A stretch of 64,000 nt of DNA from contig CM102289.1 of the NCBI GenBank assembly GCA_046563655.1, positions 8,928,001 to 8,992,000 of the forward strand, read 5' to 3'. The notes beneath the pieces are model-generated. The model worked only from the letters and a program-made list of their open reading frames with translations, searched no databases and had not been told where the DNA came from. A program made the translations under genes and the position numbers. This document shows positions 25,101-37,000 of this stretch, one piece after another (positions within the stretch are counted from its first letter, which is position 1; every line of letters begins with the position of its first letter). This stretch comes from Yuukianura sp. NJ FZ-2021 (Eukaryota).

Positions 25101-28100
25101 TTCTAATTACAATGGTTTCTTTTTGTTTTTGTGTGTTGTGGACCTACAGGACAGCAAGAAGTGAAAGTAATTTGCAAGAATTCAATTTCGGATGAAGATG
25201 CGGATGAACTGTTGTGCAACTCTGCACAGAAGCCGTACAGAGCCTGGCAAACGTGCAATATCCATCCGTGCGATCCGACGTAAGGACACGATTTTATGAA
25301 TTTTTTCAAAAATCACGTTTTTTTTTTACTTTTAAACAATTTTGAGTTTGACGAATCTCACGATTTGCCAAATTGTCGAATCAAAATAATTTTGCCAATT
25401 ATTTTGGTTCGACGCGATAAATCCTGTAACGATACAAAAAAAATCGAAGGAAAAAGTGTCAAAACCGCTCAAAAATTTTGTTAAAAAAATGTCAGAATGG
25501 CTAGAAAAAACTACCAAAAAACAGTTTTTTAGTGTAGGAATTTTTTGACACTTTTTCTACTCTAAGTTTCATAATCTTACAAGTAATTTTCCAATGATTT
25601 TTTGACAAAAAAAAACTTTTTTTTTCTTTTTCTTTTCTCTGTCGATCATTTAAGTTTTGAGAGCCAATTTTGTTTGAAATTCGAACATTTGAGTTTATTT
25701 TGATAAAAGTAGGACTATTTTCTCCATTTTAGTTTGAATGTTGACTGTTTCAAATTGGGTTTAGTGTAGAAGTGTGGACAAATTAGTAACAGTTTGGTCC
25801 TAAGTTGAGTTTTTATGGGTGGAAATGAAGTGGTAATTGAGAGGCAGGGAGAAAGTGGAGTGAAAGTTGCCGGGAGATTCCTATGGGAGGGGAAAGTCTT
25901 AATTAGGGTGGTGGGAGGAGGGGGGAATTAATTTTTGGTCTTTGATCACAACTGGGTTTAATGTTTCTAGTCATTAGATTCTACTTTCTAGTCTTTTCTA
26001 TAGTCTTTTATAGTACCCTAACCTGAAACTTACTTTAGTACTAGAGACTAAAAGCGGCGGAAGGATTAGAGTTCACTAACTGTAGTTCTAATCCACTTTC
26101 TCTGGAACCAATTAAAATTGTATGCTTCATTGTTCCTTGAAACTCCAAAGTTTCACTTTCTAAATTTTCATGCGTTTCAGTCTCTACGTTTCGAGTGTTA
26201 CAGTTTGCTTTTTTCCTTTATTTTTGAAAATTTTGCCGCGTTTTACTTTTTAAATTTTCCCGCGTTTTGTTTTTAGGTGGGAAATGGGGGAGTGGAGCCA
26301 ATGTTCTGTTACATGTGGAGGAGGAATGCGAATTCGCAGAGTTTACTGTGCCCAGGAAAAAAATGCTACCAAAAATCAAGTAAGTAAATCAACTTTAATT
26401 GAGTTGTGTAACGATTTTCTAATTAAGTCAATTAACTTTAATTATAAGGTGACAAATGAGAGAATGAACGAGGTCAAAGAATTATTTGGTTTGGGAGGTT
26501 TTTCATCTTTTCTTTGTTATTTTTGATTTTGTTTTTCTAAAAATTTTGAAAGCAACGTAAAAAAAATGGCGGGATTTGATTGAGCTTCCCCTTGGGGAAA
26601 TTTAAGCAGAGAATTGAGGAATTGGTGAAATGGGGTTTTAATGGAAGGCTATATGGTTTGTTCGTGCGTGTTGAAGCGCTTTTCGGTTTCTTATGTTAGA
26701 TTTTAGTTCTTTAACCTAACAAATCTGAAGTGAGTGTTTCCTCAAGTGCCTTTTTTAGAATTGACTGTCTTAGAAATGGATTGGGCCCTTGGGAAATGGG
26801 AATGCCGATTCCAATCAAATTCTATCCACGTTTTACCAAAATCTCACACTGCCCCAACTTTCTCCAGATGCACAAGCAATTCAGTACCCCCCCCCCCCTA
26901 GGGGGGGGATCTTCAATTGTTTGTTTTCATAATGAAGTGCCTCTTGTTGTCGTCTCTAGGTGGCTGAGAAGTTGTGTCAACACACTCGGAAACCACCAAA
27001 TCAAGAACCCTGTAACAGCGAACTCTGTCCACACTGGCACGGTGGACCGTGGTCAGCGGTGAGTTCAAATATTTCAAAAGTATCCAGCATTTTTCAAAGG
27101 GCCCTTGACTTTTTAGACGTCAAGGGCCCCCTTTTAGAATTTTTTCTAAATGGATTTTTATTATTTTTGATACAGTGCTCCGTGACTTGTGGAAATGATG
27201 GAGTGAGGACGAGGAATGTCGTTTGTCGAGATGCGCACAACCTCCCGGCGTCAACTTGTGCGCAGAGGCTCCGCCCACCGGAGACTTCGTCATGTGACGA
27301 AATGCCACCGTGTCCAACCAGTCCAATGTCAACGCAACCGACAGAAGAAGACGCTGGAAATTCTACTAATAATGTTGCTACTGGAACTGCACTAACGACG
27401 ACGCAGAGCGGACAGACGGAAACGTTTTTAGATTTGGATTACTTTGAAAGTTAGCACTTTTTTTTTGAAAAAATTGAAAAATTGTGAAATGAGTTGAAAT
27501 TTTGAAATTTTGCTGTTTTTCAGCTGAGGAATTGCCGCGAGAACACACTTTACCCCTGATCCAGCCTTACGGGGGGTTCGAAAACGCGGTTCTCTTTGAC
27601 CACAATGCAGTTCCTTCTGAACCCACGTGAGTTCCAGCCAAAATTAAAAAATGCGATGCTGTTCCTGTCTTTTTTCAAACATTTTCAAACTTTTTGGATT
27701 TTCAAAATTTTTTGCTTCAAAACCCTCTCTTTTTGTCTCTTTTCTCTGTCGCCTTTGCTTCATTACTGCAGCAAAATGAGGGTAAACTTCTCTTGTGGAT
27801 GGGTTTACATGAGGTAGGGAAGTGTGGAACTAAAAACGAAAGTATTTTCAAAAACTGGATTTTTTTTTTCATAAAGTAGTTTTTTTTTGTCTAGTTTCGG
27901 TGGACCGTCAATTTTCCTAGGATTTTAGACATGTCAAGCTTCTAGCGTAGTAATCCCTTCCATTTAGACAGACACTTTGTGATCATGATGACAAATGACA
28001 CAAAGTAGAGCCTAAAATAAAATTATGTTGGATAATTTATTAAATTAGTTTTTTGATCCATTTCATATGGACTAGATTGAAATGGATGACACGAAAAGTT

Positions 28101-31100
28101 CGTAGGTTTGTGGGCTTTAGAACAAAACTTTTTTTTAAGAACACACGTTTGACACGAGCAAAGCTTTAAAGCCTGCAGAGAAAATATTTCAAAATGTTGG
28201 ATGAACTTGTTTCCGCTTCATCTTTGTGTTTTGTCTGTTTTTAGTTTTGTAGCAGAACCGTGGGGTGCCTGTTCTACAACTTGTGGCCAAGGCGTTAGAA
28301 AACGACAAGTCACTTGCAAAATCTTTTTGGAATTTACACGAACTGTGGCAAGTCTCCCGGACAAGGAGTGTTACGGCCCCAAACCCCCCGCAACTGAATC
28401 CTGTTTCTCAGTTCCATGTCATTCGACGCTGTAAGACCAAAAATTATTTTAGTTTTTAATTATATTTAGTTACAGTAGAACCTCTCATTGTGCAACGCGC
28501 CCTGATTGGCTGTTTTGTTTTAAAGAATAACGAATGGGCCAACAAATATTCTTTTTGAAGTTTCAAGCTGATGCCAAAATTTTCTTGCATCCGGAAAAGA
28601 TTTTTTTTGAAATTCCACAGAAAAATACAATAAAAAATAATAATTTTTTTTTCTAACAATTTCCTTTCAATTTTTTAGACGTTTTATGCCACTTCTAATT
28701 GTTTCTCGGTTAAAAAATATTTCAGAGTCGGAAGGGCCCCCATTGGCACGTTTTTTTTTTAGACGTTTTCTTTGAATTGAAATTCCTTCAAAAGATTTAA
28801 GTTTTAAGTTAAAACTCCTAACTCTATCTCACCACCAGGAGAGGCGGAGCTATAAGTTGCGAAATGCGAGGTTCTACTGTATTATTTAATTATTTGAAGA
28901 AAAAAAATGAAATGATTTTATGTTTTCAGTGACTCCAGCGGTGGTGAGAGCTTAGCGGATTCCCATCAAGCAGCTTTAGCAGATTCGGATTCTTCAAATA
29001 CGTTTAGAAAAACAGTGGGGTTTGGCCTACCGCCGGGTCTCTCTATTCAGGACATGAGTTTTTCATGGAAAGTGGATGGATTCGGTAGGTCATAAAACAC
29101 ATTTTGATTAATTCTAAAACTTTTGCCAAAATGTCACAAGGATTGGAAGGACTCGATAGATCAAAAAGTTTTTGGAAAAATTGTCCTTGGCTGCGCCACT
29201 TCAATTTTTTTCGTTTCTGGAAAACTTAAGTTTTAATAAACTAGGTTATTCGTGAGGATAAATCTAATTTTCGTACAACTTTGGAATTTTTTGGCTCAAA
29301 AGGAAGTGGAAAACCTGAGAAAATTAATTCGTTTACTAAACAGAAAGTTTTCTAAAATTGATTTCTATTCTGTGTTTTTGCAGGTCCGTGTTCAGCGTCG
29401 TGTCTTGGCGGTATGTTTTGAAACTATTTTCTCAAATGAACGTGAATAATTTAATAATCAACTGATTTTTAATCAACTGGAATGCAGGAGTCCAGGAACG
29501 GAGGATTGTTTGCGTGCGAGACTACGATCAGAGAGCTGCTACTCCTGTACTTTGTATGGACAAACCTCGTCCGGATATTCCCACGACACGGACATGCAAC
29601 GACCATCCATGCCCACCGAGGTGGAATGTCACCGATTTCGGGCCATGCTCCAAGCCCTGTGGCGGCGGGGTGATGACGCGCGAGGTACTTCATAAATCTC
29701 GAACGCCTATTGGTGTATTCGTGATTCACGAACGCACCAATAGCAGTTTGACATTTTTCACGAATCGTTAATAAATTGTAATAATTTGACTGTTTTTGGA
29801 TTCCGTGAAGGTCAGCTGCATTCACGAAGTGACTCGCGGCAATACTGTGACTGTTCCAAATACACAATGTCCGCATCCAACACCACGGACTGAGATGCTT
29901 TGCAGGTAATACTGCCAAGTACTGCTGATACTGGCAGTATAATTAAAATGAGCATGAAAGTTGAGTTATGCTTCATGAAAAATCTAGTTTTGTGCTAAAT
30001 CAATTCAATTAATGTTGTAGTGCCATCAGCTGCCCGCCGTATTGGGAAACAAGTGACTGGGGAAAAGTGAGTTAACCCTAATTTTTTTTTCAAACTCGAG
30101 AAGTAACAACCATTTAATCTGATCCTTGATTTTAGTGTTCCAAAGCTTGTGGAGGTGGAGAAAGAACACGGACTCTGAGATGCAGGCAGGTCATTGCACT
30201 GGGTCAAATTGTTGAACGACATCCACCAGAGTCATTCTGTACACAACCTCCTCCACCAACGACAAGAATTTGCAATAAAAAAGCATGCGCCAGTTCCAAG
30301 GTTAAACCAGTTCCTAGAATGTACAATGTGTATCAAAAGTTACCGTAAGACTAATTTGTAAGACTAACCGTTCCGCAGGGAGCAAAGGACTGGAAGCCGA
30401 AGATGAGTTTGAAGGTGAAGGGAGAAGCAAAAGTGTTCAACGGGGTTACGCTAAAACTGCGATGTCCTGCTACCAGTGCAGTTGACCCTACTAAAATTGT
30501 ATGGATGAAGGATCACAGTTACATTCAGTTGCAAGGGAGGAAAGTGGAGATACTGCCTAAAGGAATGGCGCTCAAAATTAAGAACACGACGTTTAGTGAT
30601 AGCGGAGTTTATACGTGTTTATGTAAGTTTCAGTATTTTTGGACATGTCAAGCAAGCAACTAAAATGTCATTTTTGATTTGAAATTTTCAGATCAGGATC
30701 GGCCGATCTCAAATATTAGTCTGATGATTCAACCTGTAAATCGTAAGTTCACTGATCGATTAATCTTAACTTTTTTTTTTAAATTGCGCTAACTTTTGAA
30801 CGTGTTTCATAGGTGTACCGGAAATGCCTCAGAGAGAGCCCTCTGGCGATGCAGATGTGAGTGGACCTTACGGACGAGACGCAGCACATAGTACACTTTA
30901 CGCCGACGAACAGGTAACCAATAGTTACAAATTATGTGCTGTCCAGCCCAATTTGTCTGAAGCTGTTGTGTCATGTCCAACTACCATTCTGTGCTTTCTT
31001 TCTGTGTTTCTGCTGCTTTTGGCTTGTCTTCGCTGCTCAAATTGAATTAGCCTGGTGTGTCCGTTGGTCCGACGTACGTTAGAGACTCCACGAACATACT

Positions 31101-32139
31101 CAAGCCAAATTCAAAACTATTCTCAGAGTCTGGTGCCTCTGCCATCAGACCATTCTTTCCTCACTATTTAACTCAAATTTTATTGGTAAGATTCAATTAA
31201 CTTAAAGGAAAGAGGCCCTTGGAATTAGATAACCTTAGTCTATTCTGGGTAGGATTTTGGAATTCTGTACTGAATTTGTTGATTTGATTTTCAGACGCTC
31301 CTGCCAATGTGGATTCCTCACTTTTCTGACCTCTTTTATAAGTTGAAGTCGGAAAAGTTAGCTGTAGAGGGCAAGAAATTGTGCAGAAACGGAGTAGATT
31401 TTAATTCGCTCAATGAAGATAGTAGTTGCGAAGATTTCTACTGGAAAAGTAGCGAATGGACCAATTGCTCCATTGCCAATTGCTTCACGTGGAATACCGG
31501 TTAGACACTGAACATGAAAATCAACTTATTAACTTAATTGTAATCAAAATGTTTAACTTAATTGTAATTAAAATGATAATTATTTGTTTACTTACAGCCA
31601 CGCGGAGTCGACAAGTGACATGTCACGTAAAGGGCATGGAGCAGGACGAAACGACTTCAGAAGAGAGGTGTCATGGTCTGGAAAAACCAAAATCGTCTGA
31701 AGAGTGTTACAACGATGAGTGCAAAGGAGTCTGGGCCACTACGCCATGGACTGAGGTCTGTCAAAACTTAATTAAAAGTTAACTTAACTAATTATTAACT
31801 AACTTTGTTTAAATTGGTTCATAGTGTAAAGCGCTTTGTGGAAATACGGGCATGCGTACGAGGATTCTGCGGTGTGTCTGGTTTGGTACAGAAGACAGAC
31901 CGGCAGGAAACGCTTGTCAAACGTTGCCTCGTCCTCCTGTGACGAAACCGTGCAAAGCCCCGCCATGTTCCAAGAACATTTTACAAAAACGAACTAATCG
32001 ACATCTCTGTAAGGACAAGAACGGAAACTGTGCAGCAATTGGAGCCCTTGATCTCTGTCACCTCAAACAATTCGTAGGACTCTGCTGTGCAACTTGCTCG
32101 GAAGATAGATTAAGGTTCAATTCCAGGAAATCTGATTAA
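13134..32139 (+). CDS. madd-4: ADAMTS-like secreted matrix protein of madd-4/punctin type (TSP1 repeats, Cys-rich module, Ig domain, PLAC)
   Basis: Signal-peptide exon 13134-13196 (MKKEKAVWLASISVILLGLDQ). Then 23225-23395, 23916-24146, 24856-25000, 25150-25279, 26277-26379, 26960-27058, 27176-27449, 27524-27626, 28245-28430, 28930-29084, 29384-29410, 29488-29684, 29811-29905, 30021-30066, 30136-~30300, 30379-30622 (Ig), 30692-30742, 30813-30913, 31051-31185, 31295-31499, 31598-31755, 31825-32139 (PLAC). Contains WxxCSxxCGxG repeats, DGTRC..VCVNGIC..VGCD..DECGICGGDG and PSEPTF. No metalloprotease domain. The first exon and the donor near 30300 are less certain. Confidence 0.88.
13942..14107. 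mobile_element. Tc1/mariner (Tigger-like) MITE with a nested CCGTA-type MITE at 13998-14062
   Basis: TA-CAGTAAAACCC...GGGTTTTACTG-TA. Internal TA-CCGTAAA...TTTACGG-TA. A second left end lies at 13803. Confidence 0.6.
16477..16842. mobile_element. hAT-like MITE (family shared with 17471-17661)
   Basis: CAGCCGTGTCAAAAATATTTA...TAAATATTTTTGACACGCCTG inverted ends. No TSD visible. Confidence 0.6.
17354..17440. repeat. Short tandem repeat, ~32-bp unit x ~3
   Basis: ATTTCTAGGCAG(A)TTTTCTGAAAATTCCA(A/C)TC repeated. Confidence 0.75.
17471..17661. mobile_element. hAT-like MITE with 8-bp TSD
   Basis: CAGGGATGTCAAAAATAT...ATATTTTTGACATCCCTG. Flanks CTGATCAT and ATGATCAT match at 7/8. Confidence 0.75.
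19424..19516. mobile_element. CCGTA-type (Tc2/pogo-like) MITE, TA target
   Basis: TA-CCGTAAAATTTCTAATA...TATTAGAAGTTTTACGG-TA. Confidence 0.7.
22035..22143. mobile_element. CCGTA-type (Tc2/pogo-like) MITE, TA target
   Basis: TA-CCGTAAAACTTCGAATAA...TTATTAGAAGTTTTACGG-TA. Confidence 0.7.
22247..22323. repeat. Tandem repeat, 31-bp unit x ~2.5
   Basis: GGAACTTTACGTTAGGCTAGAGCTA(A/G)AAAGT repeated. Confidence 0.75.
23501..23838. mobile_element. Degenerate Tigger-like MITE with nested CCGTA-type MITE (23544-23733)
   Basis: TA-CAGAAAAACTTCTG..CAACTCGCTCTGATTGG, then TA-CCGTAAA...TTTACGG-TA, ending GAGTGGTTTTGCTG-TA. Confidence 0.5.
28473..28879. mobile_element. Tigger/pogo-like MITE, TA target
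   Basis: TA-CAGTAGAACCTCTCATTGTGCAAC...GTTGCGAAATGCGAGGTTCTACTG-TA (~24-bp TIR). Confidence 0.78.
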
Positions 32140-32587
32140 TTTATACTTCTGTTCCTTCGCCATTGACGAGGTGCTGATACGACAGCTCTTGATTGATACC
32201 TGTTAGAAGAACCTGTACCCGTACTCCCGGGTACATTTAATTCCTATCATGTTCATTCATCATCATACAAATACGTTTCCAATAATTCGGGCAAAATCTA
32301 GCAGAGATGAAGATCACGTTAACTGAACTTTTGCAACGACTCGAATGTTCTTCCCATTTTTACATTCCAGATTCTAGGCCGTCGTTCTCCTTGACGGCAA
32401 AGCTCTCTTCTCGATTCCATTCCACTTCACATTCCCTTTGAATATGATAATACTAATGAAGAAATTGAATATTAAACCAATTACTTGAGTACAAAAACTA
32501 TTTAATTCTCCCTCTAACTTACTAACGCTTTCATACATGGTGTGTGAAGTAAACTGAAGGAGTGGAGCAGCCCGATGACTAACTAAA

Positions 32588-32851
32588 TTAGTGGGTAAGG
32601 ATGTATCTTCCTTTCAGGATTCTCTGCATGATGACTTTGCGACCAGCGGGAGTAGACATACGATGTTTCCATCCGTGTTTCCTTATCCTCTTTACTTCGT
32701 TAGGTCTCGGCCAGTAGTCTCTCGTAATCGTTCTAACGGAAGTTACCATTGGAGTGGAGACGTTTGACAGCAGCGGTTTCAGACTGAGGCTGGAACATAG
32801 TGATGACAACCCCCTGGACGTTGACATCAGTGATGATGACGGGCTCTTCAT
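32588..32851 (-). CDS. MRPL34: Mitochondrial ribosomal protein L34 (bL34m)
   Basis: C-terminal [40 protein letters not shown] is the bL34 signature, preceded by a Ser-rich basic presequence-like segment. The start is taken as the first in-frame ATG (32851); a short upstream coding exon is possible. Confidence 0.92.
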   Translation of the reverse strand: MKSPSSSLMSTSRGLSSLCSSLSLKPLLSNVSTPMVTSVRTITRDYWPRPNEVKRIRKHGWKHRMSTPAGRKVIMQRILKGRYILTH

Positions 32852-34012
32852 GATTGACAATCCAAGTCTAAAACAATCAAATTATTAGTGAAGCTATGAT
32901 TGATGTAGTAACTGCTAGTACAAGAACATGAACGAAGTCGGTACCTAGATGACACTGTTTTATGTAAAGCTGTTGAGTTGACACTCTCATCGTTTAACGT
33001 TGAACGTTTCGTTTCATTTGTTTAACGTACAATTTGTTTAAAATGAAAGTAATAAAACTTAATTTTACCTTAACGTTGCAGTCGTTCCATTCCATAACGT
33101 TTGCATTGCGATGTACCGCTGTTACAACCAGTTGTCACCTTTAAATGTTGTTTAATCGTGTTATGAGAGACGTAAACTCTTCGTTTTTATACGAAACCGA
33201 TTGATTTGTAAAGATTTTATTGTTTTTGTTTTGGAAAATAAAATGACAATTCAAAAGGTCGCGCCACCAAGTTTGGTAGATTTGCACGCAAAGGTTCCGA
33301 ATGTGCAGTGGGAATTTGTCAGAATTGAGATCGGAGATTGTACGAAGCAAAGAGGTGAATAGGAAAAAGGCTCCTATGCTTGCCTCTGCCTGCATAGCTC
33401 TGCTTCGGCCAAAAAGTAAAGTCGTATGAAAATGTGGACAAACAGTGAGAACCTTTCTGATTCGCATAATATCCGGTCACCTCCCGAGCAAAAGCAGCAT
33501 TGCCTCTGTGAGGAGCAAAGTGATTTTCGAAATGCAAAAATCCAAAAACTTTAAAAATTCATAACTTCGGAACGGAATAACGTCAAGCGCTAATTTCTTC
33601 ACCTCCGAATTCAGAATGACATGAACTTTTTTAAAATTTAAAAAAAAATGCAAAAGCTAACATTAACTAAACCGTTTAATTTCGAAATGTGATTTCAACG
33701 CTTCAGAAGTCAAATTTTACATGTTTCTGACATAATTGGCTAAAAGACGTATTGAAAATTTTGAACAAACCGTAAATTGTTAATTGTTCAGTTAATTTAT
33801 CATTATTAATTGTGAGTTTCTTTAACTTTTTGTAATTAATTTAGGAGGAGGAGCCTAAATTTTGGTCCTTTTAAGGGATAGAGAGATCATGAAGAGAATA
33901 ATTTACCACAGATAGGGTGGAACATTTTTTGACTAAATTGTTCATCAATTTACAAAAGTAATACTCGTTGTTCTAAATATTTTTTCTAAAATTTAAAAAA
34001 AGTAAGCGCAGA

Positions 34013-37000
34013 TTAAGTAACGGAACTGTCGCTTTCTTCCGGAAGCAAAGGACTCTGAAGTGTCGCTGCGGCAGCATCCAGCCCGCGAATCAGCGATGCC
34101 ACTTCCAGCCCCAGTTCGTCACTGCTCCCACAAGTATCCTGCGGCTGATGTCGCCTACATTCCAGTAGTTGCCTTAACCGCGGGAAACTGTGACGAAGGG
34201 CTCCAGCACTCCAGTCCACGGTGCAATTCCAGTCGGTGGAGATCCAGGAACAGGAGCTGAAGCCCAGCACTTGATGTTTGTACATCTCGGATTTACGGGA
34301 CAGAAAAGCTCTCTCCAGTTCCATCAACTTGTCATTAATTATTCGATGGAACAGGAGCTTCCTAAAGAGCACACAAAAGACTAAAGGTTAGCCTCTGGAA
34401 ATGGAAATCAATTAAATCCGGAGCTTAATTACTACGAATTAATTTTACTTTGTGGTGGTGAGATGTCGAGATGAGGCTGGGATTGACGAAAGGTCACCGG
34501 AAAGGTCATGTTCTGGATCATGTTCAGGATTAACGACGCTTCGATTATGAATGTCTGTTCGAAAGTTGTCTCCAATTACTTCAAGTCGCATCACAGCCGC
34601 TTGTAAGTAGGCTAGTAACATAAAAAATTAAAAAAAAAACTTACATGATTAGATTATCAGGTTACATCATTTTAAAATTTGACGTATTAATATAAATAAC
34701 ATAATTCCAAATTTCAAAACGTTAAATAGTTAGTAGGAAAATCATTCTTTTTAAATTACATAATTCCAAATTCCAAAACGTTAAAAATTTAGTAGGAAAA
34801 TCACTCTTTTTAAATTACATAATTCCAAATTTCAAAACGTTAAAAATTTAGTGGGAAAATCACTCTTTTTAAATTACATAATTGCAAATTCCAAAACGTT
34901 AAAAATTTAGTGGGAGAATCACTCTTTTTAAATTACTTAATTCCAAATTCCAAAACGTTAAAAATTTAGTGGGAAAATCACTCTTTTTAAATTACTTAAT
35001 TCCAAATTCCAAAACGTTAAAAATTTAGCAGGAAAATCACTCTTTTTAAATTACATAATTCCAAATTTCAAAACGTTAAAAATTTAGTAGGAAAATCACT
35101 CTTTTTAAATTACATAATTCCAAATTTCAAAACGTTAAAAATTTAGTGGGAAAATCACTCTTTTTAAATTACATAATTGCAAATTCCAAAACGTTAAAAA
35201 TTTAGTGGGAGAATCACTCTTTTTAAATTACTTAATTCCAAATTCCAAAACGTTAAAAATTTAGTGGGAAAATCACTCTTTTTAAATTACTTAATTCCAA
35301 ATTCCAAAACGTTAAAAATTTAGCAGGAAAATCACTCTTTTTAAATTACATAATTCCAAATTTCAAAACGTTAAAAATTTAGTAGGAAAATCACTCTTTT
35401 TAAATAACATAATTCCAAATTCCAAAACGTTAAAAATTTAGTAGGAAAATCACTCTTTTAAAATTACATAATTCCAAAACGTTAAAAATTTAGTAGGAAA
35501 ATCACTCTTTTCAAATAACATAATTCCAAATTTCAAAACGTTAAAAAGTTAATAGGAAAATCACCCTTTTTAAATTACATAATTCCCAATTTCAAAACGT
35601 TAATTTACATAATTTTAACATGTTGTTGTTATTAAAAATTTTGTTGTATCATAACTAATGAAATCTGTCTTTTGTATGTGCGTCTGTGCGTGGGTTTTTT
35701 AATAGCGTATTTTCTGAAAAGCAGGGGAAAATTTTGATTATTTTTGTTTGTTACACAAAATTCATTTTCCAAAATTTTATGGAAATTGAAACCATTCAGT
35801 GCACGCCATGTCCATTAATAATTCAATATTAATGTCAAACTGTTTTCACTTTTTCATAAATCACTCTTTCTTAAGCTCCGGAAAGTAAACGTAAACATTA
35901 AAGAAACGCACCATTACTACTGAAGTTCCAATAATTCATCATGTAAATTTAGATGCTCCCGGCAAATGAGTTTGCTTTCACTTTTGAAATTATTCCGCCA
36001 GAAATTTATCTTTTCCGTCCCTCCCATGAACTAAATTTCTCCCAGTTTTGTACCTTCCCCAGAGCACTTAATTAATTCTGCTCAGATTTTTATTTACTTC
36101 TTCCTTAAGTAGAAAGCTCAACTTTCTGTAAAAACTAAAAACTAAAAAGTAAAAACATGTTGAAAAGGAAAAGCACGGGAATGGAAGTGTAGCTTGTTTT
36201 TGAAAAGAGCGCTACTTTTTCTCTCAAGTTTCACTCTTCCTGACTAAGAACTTTTGCTTTCTTTGCTTTCTCCTGTTGAAATATGAAGGTAAAGTGAAAA
36301 TGAGCGTGAAAGATGGAAAACAGGAGAACATAAATGTCAGAAGTTGGGATTGGATCAAGTGGATTTTCCTTTCTCGGGTTTCCAACATTCTTCAAAGTGC
36401 TTTTGACTTCCGACTATTCCATAAGAAAAAGCCTTTTGCTATTATAATTTGGCCATTATTGTTTTAGTACCATTTGGTTTTAGGCAGTTTGTTAGGTTAT
36501 GACTTACCAATTGATAAATTGGCTCTGTGGAAGTCTTCTTGGTAGTGAGCCATAAATGACCCGAAGGATCGTTGAATCTCTTCTACATAATCTTCTACAT
36601 TCATTGGAAGCAGAGAGGAGTCGACTAAAAGTAGGATCAAACCGGAAATAATCCGACCTGAAAGAAAAATCGAAAAAATTTCCAAAATGATTGTTCGTTC
36701 ACCATAAAATTTTGTTTTGAATTTGAAAACTTTTCAATAACTTGTCGTTCCATATTCTCAGAAATTTTTTCTCAGGAGAGTGAAAGTTATTGCACATATT
36801 TTTTTTACTATTGTCGTCAAGTGTACTAACAACCAGGAAGAATAGTACCGTAAATCCTGGCTCATAGTGTGCATATCTTAATCCGGCTCACGGAAAACTT
36901 TTTTTTGAAAAAGTAAAGTAAAAACGAAAAAGTAGGAGTTATTAGAAAGTTGGCGGGTAAAAAGAAGGATGCATGTGCTGCCATTAGGACAAAGTTGGGT

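Noticed and set aside
30345..30378. 34-nt intron using the GTAAGA donor in madd-4
   Set aside because: It gives the wrong phase (stop before the Ig domain). A phase-0 donor such as 30301 is needed.
13134..32139. Active ADAMTS protease or papilin
   Set aside because: No HExxHxxGxxH motif, prodomain or Kunitz domains found.
34694..35610. 59-bp array as a CRISPR or RNA-gene array
   Set aside because: Head-to-tail units with no unique spacers; it is a minisatellite.
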